Assembly (NCBI GenBank): GCA_034722055.1
Contig: JAYENL010000130.1
Location: 18,021-82,020 of the forward strand
DNA from: Armatimonadota bacterium
GTDB lineage: Bacteria; Armatimonadota; Zipacnadia; Zipacnadales; UBA5352
Direction: 5' to 3'
Length of the DNA stretch: 64,000 nt
Below are positions 56,697 to 64,000 of this stretch, piece by piece. The translations under genes and the position numbers were made by a program. Positions within the stretch are counted from its first letter, which is position 1; each line of letters starts with the position of its first letter. The notes below the pieces were generated by a model. The model was not told the origin of the DNA and ran no database searches. It saw only the letters and a list, made by a program, of their open reading frames with translations.

Positions 56697-56816
56697 GTTG
56701 TCAGTTATGAGTTGTGAGTTGTCAGTTGTCAGTCACAGGTTGCGAGGCTCAGGCCCTGGGCTCTCGCTCGCGAGTTTGCCGCCGTTGCTGAAAGCTGATC
56801 GCTGATAGCTGATCGC
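56691..56816. repeat. two heptamer tandem arrays
   Basis: TT(G/A)T(G/C)AG x6 at 56691-56732; GCTGA(A/T)(A/C) x4 at 56787-56816. Confidence 0.75.
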
Positions 56817-56842
56817 CTGCCGTTTACTGGAGGTTCCCGAAG

Positions 56843-58081
56843 ATGCCCGACCAGCATCCCGACTATCAGCCGAAGGTCGAGATCGCGCAAGTCAACAAGG
56901 TGGCCCTGGCCTTCTCAGGAGGCCTGGACTCGACCCTGGCAATCAAGCTGCTCCAGGAGTACTACGGGGCCGATGAGGTCCTGGCCGTGACCGTGAACGT
57001 GGGCCTGACCGAGGCCGAGATCGAGGACTGCCGCTCCAAGGCCGAGCTCCTGGGCGTGCCGTGGGAGATGATGGATGCCAGCGACGAGTTCGCCGACGAA
57101 TGGGTGGCCCGCGCCATCCGCGCCAACGCCGACTACGAGGGCTATCCGGTCGCCACGTCGATGACCAGGCAGCTCATCGCGCGGAAGGTCGCCGAGTACG
57201 CCGTCGAGGAGGGCTGCGACGCCATCTGCGAGGGCTCCACCGGCAAGGGCAACGACCAGTACCGCATGGCGAACGTCTTCGCCATCTTCGCCCCCGACCT
57301 GGAGGTCATCGTGCCCATACGGGAGTTCGACTTCACCCGCCAGGACGAGAAGGACCTCTCGGAGCACTATGGCATCCCCTACAAGGCCGGCATCGGCGAC
57401 GATCTGACCATGTGGTGCCGCTCCATCGGCTCCGGCGAGGTGGACAACCTGCAGATGCGCATCCCGGAGGAGGAGTACGTGTGGTACCAGTTCCCGGAGA
57501 GCGCGCCGGATGAGGCGCAGCAGGTGGAGATCGAGTTCGAGGATGGCCTGCCCGTCCGATGCGACGGCGTCACCGGCCTGGCGGAGATCATCGACTACCT
57601 CAACCACGCCGCCGGCACGCACGCCATCGGCAAGATCGACATGTTCGAGGACGGGCTGATCGCGCTGAAGTCCCGCGAGGCCTACGAGGCCCCGGCGGCC
57701 ACGGTGATCCTGAACCTCCACCGCGACCTGGAGCAGCTCTGCCTCACCAAGGAGCAGGTGCAGAACAAGCCCCACATCGAGCGCCTGTGGGCCTATCAGG
57801 TCTACCACGGCGCCTGGTTCCACCCCTTCACTGAGGACTGCGCGGCCTTCATCGAGAGCTCGCAGTCGATGGTCAACGGCACCTACGTCGTCTCGCTCTA
57901 CAAGGGCAACATCGACATCCTCAGCCGGGAGACGGACAGCGGCCTGTTCGCCCCTGAGCTGCGCTCCCTGGCGACCTCCGGCTTCCAGCAGCCCGACTCC
58001 GGCCCGGCCACCAAGATCCACGCCCTGCAGTACAAGATCCTCAGCAAGCGGGGGATGCCGTTCCTAGAAGATGAGGAGTGA
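56843..58081 (+). CDS. argG: argininosuccinate synthase (divergent)
   Basis: LAFSGGLDS, GSTGKGNDQ.R, LKSREAYEAP, LYKGN; argH nearby. Confidence 0.88.
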   Translation: MPDQHPDYQPKVEIAQVNKVALAFSGGLDSTLAIKLLQEYYGADEVLAVTVNVGLTEAEIEDCRSKAELLGVPWEMMDASDEFADEWVARAIRANADYEGYPVATSMTRQLIARKVAEYAVEEGCDAICEGSTGKGNDQYRMANVFAIFAPDLEVIVPIREFDFTRQDEKDLSEHYGIPYKAGIGDDLTMWCRSIGSGEVDNLQMRIPEEEYVWYQFPESAPDEAQQVEIEFEDGLPVRCDGVTGLAEIIDYLNHAAGTHAIGKIDMFEDGLIALKSREAYEAPAATVILNLHRDLEQLCLTKEQVQNKPHIERLWAYQVYHGAWFHPFTEDCAAFIESSQSMVNGTYVVSLYKGNIDILSRETDSGLFAPELRSLATSGFQQPDSGPATKIHALQYKILSKRGMPFLEDEE

Positions 58082-58165
58082 GCCGGAAAGAGGAAACCGG
58101 AAAGCCAGATCCGGGACCGGAGAAGAACGGCCGTCGCCAGAGACCCGCGGCGGCCGTTGTCGTTG

Positions 58166-58790
58166 GTCGTTGCTGTCCGGAGCGACGCATGTTCACATGC
58201 GTCGAGTCGTTGGCCGTTGGCGTAGTCGTTCTGGAGGGGAGGGCCTACGCGGCCTCCCGGCCGTCGCCCTTGACGTTGTGCCCTCGGCGCCCTCGCCGCG
58301 GACGGCGCGAAGCGCCGTTGTTGTTGTCGGCTGTTGGGATAGGCCGCAGATGCACGACGCACGGGCAGGAGTGCCCGTGCCACGGAGCGACCTCTGGCTG
58401 CAAGGGCCATTGTCGTCGTCGTTGCTGTCCGGAGCGACGCATGTTCACATGCGTCGAGTCGTTCGCTGTTACCGTTGTCGCAGTCGTTGTGGAGGGAAGG
58501 GCCTACGCGGGCTCCCGGCCGTCGCCCTTGACGTTGTGCCCTCGGCGCCCTCGCCGCGGACGGCGCGAAGCGCCGTTACGAGGCGCGCGAAGTCAGGCCG
58601 GTCGCAGCAGCAGGAACGGCGTCGGGCTCGAAGCCCGACCTACGCGATGGAAGGCGCCGTTGCTGTTCTGGGCCGCTGGGACACGCTACGGCTTCACGGC
58701 GCACGGGGAGGACTCCCCTGCCACGGGACGACGAATGACAACGGCCGTGCGCTTTCGGCGCACCCCCGGCGAGGGCGCCGGGACCACAAG
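58166..58790. repeat. mosaic REP/BIME-like intergenic array
   Basis: Direct repeat 58166-58319 / 58418-58577; palindromes CGACGCATGTTCACATGCGTCG, ACGGCGCGAAGCGCCGT, GCACGGGCAGGAGTGCCCGTGCCAC, GTCGGGCTCGAAGCCCGACCTAC. Confidence 0.8.
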
Positions 58791-58800
58791 ACGACTTTAG

Positions 58801-59685
58801 CTATGCCTCAGCACCATCCCGCCACTCGACGAACTGCACCCCGGCTCCCTCGAAGCTCAACTGCGCATCCGAAAAGCGCTCTCGCATCACCTCGAAGGCC
58901 TCCGGGTTGTTGTCGATGAGGCAGAACCTGCGGCCCAGCTCCAGTGCCGCCACGCCGGTCGTGCCACTGCCGGCGAAGAAGTCCAGCACCAGGTCGCCGG
59001 GGCGCGACGACGCCGCCACGATGCGCCGCAGGATCCCCACCGGCTTCTGCGTGGGATAGCCGGTCTTCTCGCTGCCAGTGGGCGAGACGATGGTGTGCCA
59101 CCAGGTGTCCGTCGGGAACTTGCCCTGGTCCCGCTTCTCCTCGCTCACCAGGCCCGGCGCCATGTAGGGGATGCGGTCAACCTCCTCGCGGTTGAAGACG
59201 TACGCCTCGGGGTCCTTGGCGTAGAGGAGGATGTTGTCGTGCTTGGCCGGCCAGCGGTTTCTGCTGCGGCCGCCGTAGTCATACGCCCAGATGATCTCGT
59301 TGATGAAGCACTCGCGGCCGAAGATGGCGTCGAGCAGCACCTTGACGTAGTGGACCTCGCGGTAGTCGATGTGCAGATAGAGCGAGCCGTCGGGAGCAAG
59401 CACGCGGTGGGCCTCCTGCAGGCGCGGCTCCAGAAAGCCCAGGTAGTCGTCGAACTCATCCTGCCACGCCCGCGAGATGACCTCCTGCGTGCGGTAGCGC
59501 TCTCCGCCGAAGCCAGTCCGATCGCCGGCCTCATCGCGCTCGACCCTGATCTGCGTCCGCGCCTGCTGCTTGCCGGTGTTGAAGGGCGGGTCGATGTAGA
59601 TCAGGGGCACGCAGGCGTCCGGCATCTGCCGCAGCAGCGGGAGGTTGTCGCCCAGGTGCACGGTGTTGCGCGTGAGGTCAATCAT
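58801..59685 (-). CDS. site-specific DNA methyltransferase (N6-A/N4-C, beta class)
   Basis: YIDPPF precedes YPTQKP..VLDFFAGSGTT. Confidence 0.9.
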   Translation of the reverse strand: MIDLTRNTVHLGDNLPLLRQMPDACVPLIYIDPPFNTGKQQARTQIRVERDEAGDRTGFGGERYRTQEVISRAWQDEFDDYLGFLEPRLQEAHRVLAPDGSLYLHIDYREVHYVKVLLDAIFGRECFINEIIWAYDYGGRSRNRWPAKHDNILLYAKDPEAYVFNREEVDRIPYMAPGLVSEEKRDQGKFPTDTWWHTIVSPTGSEKTGYPTQKPVGILRRIVAASSRPGDLVLDFFAGSGTTGVAALELGRRFCLIDNNPEAFEVMRERFSDAQLSFEGAGVQFVEWRDGAEA

Positions 59686-60571
59686 GCCCGGCAAGGCTCG
59701 CCCTCCATGCCTCGTACTCCGCCAGCACGTCGTCCCGGGAGACGAAGGGCTTGTAGACCACGCGGTGGCGCAGCACGACCTCCTCGCCCGGGGTCAGGCC
59801 CTGCAGCCGGTAGCGGAAGTCCCACGCCGGGCATGTGCGTTCAAGCTCCTCGTTGTAGCCGCCACCGGATGGTGACATGTAGGGGATGACCTCGTGCCCG
59901 CGCTCGAACATGTAGATCAGCACCATGCCGCCGTCGATGTTGCCGTAATACAGCGCGCGCTCGGGGTCGAAGCGCGGATCGGACAGTGAATCCGCGAAGC
60001 TGTTGGTGCCGTGCGCGTATGTCGCGTCCGGGACCGTCTGCAGCTCCGGCGGCTCCATGCCCTCGGGCAGGACGCTGGCGGCCGAGCCGTGCTCGGGGTC
60101 GTAGTGGCGCATCCACTCGCCGGCGGAGTTGATGAGGTAGATGGCCGGGTCCTCCGGCGCGTTCATATAGGAGGCGTCATTCCAGTAGGCCGTCTCGCCT
60201 GTAGCGGGGAAGCGCACGGTGTAGTCGAGGTAGTGCGGTGGCACCACCTCGAAGCGCTCCACCGCATCCACGCCCTCGCGTCGGATCTCGGCGGCCGTCT
60301 CGCTGATGCGCACAGCCTCGCACGGCTGCCGGTGGGCGATGAGCCCGGCGTAGATCGGCCGGTAGACGTTGATGTCGCGCTGCGTGTGCGTCAGGCTCCA
60401 GACGCCCTCATACCCCTGGCGTCCGGCGCCGTGGTCGGAGCTGTCGCCAATGACGACTGTCAGCTCGCCCGCCTTGATGGTCACTGAGTGCATTGTCGCC
60501 TCCTCGCCCTGCGCGAGGCAGGGGATGCAGCAGATGAGCGCGAAGGCTATAGGGGCCGGGGTGCGGTGCAT
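59678..60571 (-). CDS. hypothetical secreted protein
   Basis: Signal peptide; SPSGGG..PAWDF motif; overlaps the MTase start. Confidence 0.65.
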   Translation of the reverse strand: MHRTPAPIAFALICCIPCLAQGEEATMHSVTIKAGELTVVIGDSSDHGAGRQGYEGVWSLTHTQRDINVYRPIYAGLIAHRQPCEAVRISETAAEIRREGVDAVERFEVVPPHYLDYTVRFPATGETAYWNDASYMNAPEDPAIYLINSAGEWMRHYDPEHGSAASVLPEGMEPPELQTVPDATYAHGTNSFADSLSDPRFDPERALYYGNIDGGMVLIYMFERGHEVIPYMSPSGGGYNEELERTCPAWDFRYRLQGLTPGEEVVLRHRVVYKPFVSRDDVLAEYEAWRASLAGHD

Positions 60572-60709
60572 GGCATTTGCTCCCTCCCGGCGATTCGTGT
60601 ATTGTTACAGCGTTGGCAGTGATGCACCGGGCGTTTCGTGCGCGTGGGGCTGGAGACCTGCCTCTGCGGTTGCGCCTGCGATGATGGAGGAGACTCCCTG
60701 AGGAGGCTG

Positions 60710-61243
60710 ATGGACGTGGCGGACGTGTGTGAGGTTATGCAAGAGGCCATCGAGATGGAGCGCGACGCGCAGCGGTTCTACACCAAGGCCGCGAGTGAGG
60801 CCACCAATCCCCTCGCCAAGCGCACCTTCGAGGCGCTGTCGGAGTGGGAGGTCGAGCACGAGAAGCTGCTGCGGGACGTCTTCGAGAAGGCCAGGGCCAC
60901 CGATAGCTGTCCCGCTCTCGGCGAGCTCGAGCCCAAGCAGGTTGACATGATGCAGCAGGCGGAGCAGATCTTCATGACGGCGCTGGAGGACGTCGGCGAC
61001 ACCCTCGCCAACGACCCCACCCTGGAGGGCGCCTACGCGACCGCCATGGACAAGGAGCGCAGGGCCATTCGCTTCTACGGCCAGCACCTTGAGGAGGCCG
61101 AGGGCGAGAATGAGCGGATGCTCTACGAGTTCCTCCTCGGCCAGGAGCGGGGGCATCTGAACCTGCTGGCAACCACCGAGGAGTACCTCAACGACACCCA
61201 GTACTGGCACTTCAAGGAAGAGATGTGGATGGCGACCGGTTAG
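60710..61243 (+). CDS. ferritin-like / rubrerythrin family protein
   Basis: AIEMERDAQRFY..WEVEH..AMDKERRAIRFY..QERGH di-iron motifs; GAGGAGG RBS. Confidence 0.85.
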   Translation: MDVADVCEVMQEAIEMERDAQRFYTKAASEATNPLAKRTFEALSEWEVEHEKLLRDVFEKARATDSCPALGELEPKQVDMMQQAEQIFMTALEDVGDTLANDPTLEGAYATAMDKERRAIRFYGQHLEEAEGENERMLYEFLLGQERGHLNLLATTEEYLNDTQYWHFKEEMWMATG

Positions 61244-61366
61244 TCCCGGTTCGCCTTCGGCCGACAACGATGATGTGGATGGCGGCGAGGCCCTCTCGCC
61301 GCCATTCCTGCACGCGGAGACCGTTCCACGGCCGAATTCCGGTGCGGGCGTCTCCGGAGAGGATGA

Positions 61367-62872
61367 ATGATTCCCATGACCGGGCCAGGCGGCTCTGACA
61401 AGCTCTGGGGCGGCCGGTTCTCGACCGATGTGGACGAGACCATGCTGCGGTTCTCCGAGTCCACGGAGGCCGATGGCGAGATGATCGCCGAGGATATCTG
61501 GGGCAGCGAGGCCCATGCCCTGATGCTCCACGAGTGCGGCATCAACAGCACGGAGCACACCCGGGAGATCCTCCGCTGGCTGGAGACCGCGCGGAAGCGC
61601 TTCGAGGCGGGCGAGCTGGAGCTGAAGGTCGAGCTCGAGGATGTCCACATGAACGTGGAGAGCTTCCTTCGGGAGGGCGCCGGGCCGGAGGCCGGGGGAC
61701 GGCTGCACACCGCGCGCTCCCGCAACGACCAGGTGGTCACCGACTTCCGCATGCGCCTCCGGCAGTATCTGCTGGAGGTCCGGCGGGGGCTCGCGGAGCT
61801 GCGCGAGGTGCTGCTGGAGCTGGCGGAGCAGCACGCCGAGCACACCATGCCCGGCTTCACCCACACCCAGCACGCCCAGCCCATCACCGCCGGCTTCTGG
61901 CTGGCCGCCCACGCTGCCGGCCTGGAGCGCGACGAGCAGCGCCTGGCCCAGGCCTACCTGCGCACCAATCAGTGCCCCCTGGGCGGCGCGGCGCTGGCCG
62001 GCACGTCCTTCCCCACCGATCGCGAGCTGACCGCCCGGCTGCTGGGCTTCGACGGGGTGGTCTTCAACGCCATGGACGCCGTGCAGTCGCGCGACTTCGC
62101 GGTGGAGTCGGTGGCGGCGCTGACCATGCTCATGGTGAACCTCTCCCGGATGGCCGAGGAGGTCGTGCTCTTCTCCTCCCCGGCCTTCGGCATGCTGGAG
62201 GTGGACGACGCCTTCGCCACCGGCAGCTCCATCATGCCCCAGAAGAAGAACCCCTGCGCCGGCGAGCTCTCGCGGGCCCGCACGGCCGCCGTCGCCGGCC
62301 GCCTGATGGAGCTGGTGACGCTCCTGAAGGCCCTCCCCAGCGGCTACAACCGCGACCTCCAGAACGATAAGCCGCCGGTCTGGGAGGCCTGCCGGCACGC
62401 GCTGGACACCGTGGAGGTCATGGTCGGCATGTGGCGGTCCATGACGCTGAAGACCGAGCGCATGGCGGAGCTGGCCGGCGCGGAGTTCGCCTCCGCCACC
62501 GAGCTGGCGAACCACCTCGTCCGCGAGCGCGGGATGCCCTTCCGCGACTGCCACGAGCTGATCGGCTCGCTGGTGGGAAGGCTGCTGGAGGAGGATGCCA
62601 CGCTCGACGATCACGAGCGGGTGGCGCAGATCCTGAGCGACCGCGGCCAGCCGATGACTCCCGAGCAGGTCGCGGAGGTGGTGGACCCGGCCGCGGTGGT
62701 GCGGGCGCAGGAGAGCCTGGGCTCGACCAACCCCGACGAGGTCCGCCGCTGCGTCGAGCAGCTCCGCTGCGACCTGGCGGTCAACGTCGAGGAGATCGAG
62801 AAGGACGCCTCCCGCCTGCGCGAGGCCCGGGAGGAGACCGCCCGTCGCGTCCGCGAACTGCTCTCGGAGTAG
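61367..62872 (+). CDS. argH: argininosuccinate lyase
   Basis: KLWGGRF, EDVHM, LHTARSRNDQ, MPGFTH.QHAQP, TGSSIMPQKKNP, GYNRDLQ. Confidence 0.96.
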   Translation: MIPMTGPGGSDKLWGGRFSTDVDETMLRFSESTEADGEMIAEDIWGSEAHALMLHECGINSTEHTREILRWLETARKRFEAGELELKVELEDVHMNVESFLREGAGPEAGGRLHTARSRNDQVVTDFRMRLRQYLLEVRRGLAELREVLLELAEQHAEHTMPGFTHTQHAQPITAGFWLAAHAAGLERDEQRLAQAYLRTNQCPLGGAALAGTSFPTDRELTARLLGFDGVVFNAMDAVQSRDFAVESVAALTMLMVNLSRMAEEVVLFSSPAFGMLEVDDAFATGSSIMPQKKNPCAGELSRARTAAVAGRLMELVTLLKALPSGYNRDLQNDKPPVWEACRHALDTVEVMVGMWRSMTLKTERMAELAGAEFASATELANHLVRERGMPFRDCHELIGSLVGRLLEEDATLDDHERVAQILSDRGQPMTPEQVAEVVDPAAVVRAQESLGSTNPDEVRRCVEQLRCDLAVNVEEIEKDASRLREAREETARRVRELLSE

Positions 62873-62974
62873 GCTCAGACCGCACGCCATCGCACGGCCG
62901 CATCGTACCGCGACCTCGAGGAGGGGCCGCCTGAGGGCGGCTGCGCAGCAGGCGCGCGAAGTCGCCCGACCAGC

Positions 62975-63868
62975 CTACCTCAGCTCGTTCTCCTCAAGCC
63001 ATTGCAGAAAGCGCCGGGCGCAGCGGTCGAGGTTCTCCAGGCTCCCGCCCCCGCGCAGCGGCGAGCACATCTCGTAGGCGATGGGCCCCTCGTAGCCGCC
63101 CGCGCGCAGCCCGCGCACGAACTCCAGACTCGCGATGTCACCCTCGCCGATGGGCACCGCGCGCACGAAGTCCGGCTCCACGCGCTCGTAGTTGACCAGC
63201 GACGCAGTGTGCTGGAAGCGCGGCAGCCGCACATAGTCTGCGAGCGTGGTGTAGACCACGTGTGGCGCCATCTCCCGGGCGGTCTCGAAGGGCTCCTCGC
63301 CGCGGAGGCACGGCGACCACGGGTCGAACATCAGCGCGCAGTTGGGCCGGTCGATGTCCCCCAGCAGCTCCAGCAGGGCCTTCGAGTGCACCGCCAGGTC
63401 ATGGTGGTTCTGGATGCCGATGGTCACGTCGAACTCGGCGGCTCGGTCGCAGCACTCCTGCAGCGCCTCCACCGTCCGCCGCCAGTTCTCGGCAAGCGGC
63501 AGGTCGGGCCGCTCGTAGGAGGTGAAGACGCGCACCAGCCCGCAGTCCAGCGCCCGCGCCAGGCGTGCAAGGCGCTCCACGTACAGGACCTGAAGCTCCC
63601 CGAAGGGCACCTCAGCGGACTCCACCCCGCCGCTGAAGTTGGTGTAGGCTGCGACACACGCCACCTCCAGCCCCACCTCCTCGCACAGTCCCGCCAGCTC
63701 CTCGGCGCGCTCCTCCCTGTAGTCCAGCGGCGACAGGTGCGGCCGCTTGCCCATCAGCTCCACGCCCGCGTATCCCAGCTTCGAGGCGTGCCGGACGAAC
63801 TCCTCAAGGCCCAGGACATCCTGTCCCCACAGGCCCGCGTAGCTGACCGAGAATAGCACCGGATTCAT
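62975..63868 (-). CDS. sugar phosphate isomerase/epimerase (TIM barrel)
   Basis: FSVSYAGLWGQ..GVELMGKRPH..IQNHHD..FDPWS..YEMCSPL. Confidence 0.8.
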   Translation of the reverse strand: MNPVLFSVSYAGLWGQDVLGLEEFVRHASKLGYAGVELMGKRPHLSPLDYREERAEELAGLCEEVGLEVACVAAYTNFSGGVESAEVPFGELQVLYVERLARLARALDCGLVRVFTSYERPDLPLAENWRRTVEALQECCDRAAEFDVTIGIQNHHDLAVHSKALLELLGDIDRPNCALMFDPWSPCLRGEEPFETAREMAPHVVYTTLADYVRLPRFQHTASLVNYERVEPDFVRAVPIGEGDIASLEFVRGLRAGGYEGPIAYEMCSPLRGGGSLENLDRCARRFLQWLEENELR

Positions 63869-64000
63869 GGCTGCCTCCCGTCCACGATTGATGGCATCTA
63901 CGGCCTCGCCACAGCATGGCATTCGCTATCATGGTCCTGCGGTCCTTCCGACCTTACAGACGGTCTGGCATGGCCGCGACGAACGATGGCAGGCAGGGAT

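Noticed and set aside
58166..58790. Possible CRISPR array
   Set aside because: Only two long direct repeats plus heterogeneous palindromes; no constant 25-45 nt repeat with unique equal-length spacers, and no cas genes.
58071..58919. 282-aa and 240-aa ORFs with internal repeats after argG
   Set aside because: They are translations of the palindromic repeat array, with atypical R/C/P-rich composition and no recognisable domain.
63970..64000. Possible gene start ATGGCCGCGACG at the window edge
   Set aside because: Only 10 codons visible; cannot be supported.

Overview
High-GC bacterial chromosomal window of mostly core and metabolic genes. It includes gatB, proA-proB, the secG / sigH / tRNA-Thr-Tyr-Thr / tuf / rpmG / tRNA-Trp / secE / nusG / rplKAJL block (no rpoB follows), pyrF-pyrB-argG, argH, glycosyltransferases, sugar isomerases, and a Flp/TadG pair. 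A lineage such as Armatimonadota is only an inference from GC content and gene context. I found no CRISPR array, rRNA, integrase or transposase. The accessory content is the interesting part. (1) At 42315-44488, three tandem MNT-HEPN toxin-antitoxin-like pairs consist of about 93-97% identical constant blocks (HEPN tail, spacer, MNT catalytic half) alternating with highly divergent ~495-bp cassettes (MNT C-half plus most of HEPN), next to an AbrB-PIN pair. (2) Two more MNT/HEPN loci lie downstream of gatB: an in-frame fusion that keeps an internal RBS, and a pair whose MNT has a DxD->DxN change. (3) Two copies of a TA-flanked, nested-hairpin non-autonomous element (8962-9375, 14661-15022); one visibly splits a methyltransferase gene at codon 6. 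(4) Several REP-like palindrome clusters. (5) Unusual proteins: a ClpN-RidA fusion, PyrB carrying only the PyrI zinc domain, L11 with an acidic repeat tail, and a probable ATT start for rplJ. Identity figures are manual counts; family assignments come from motif recognition, not database searches.
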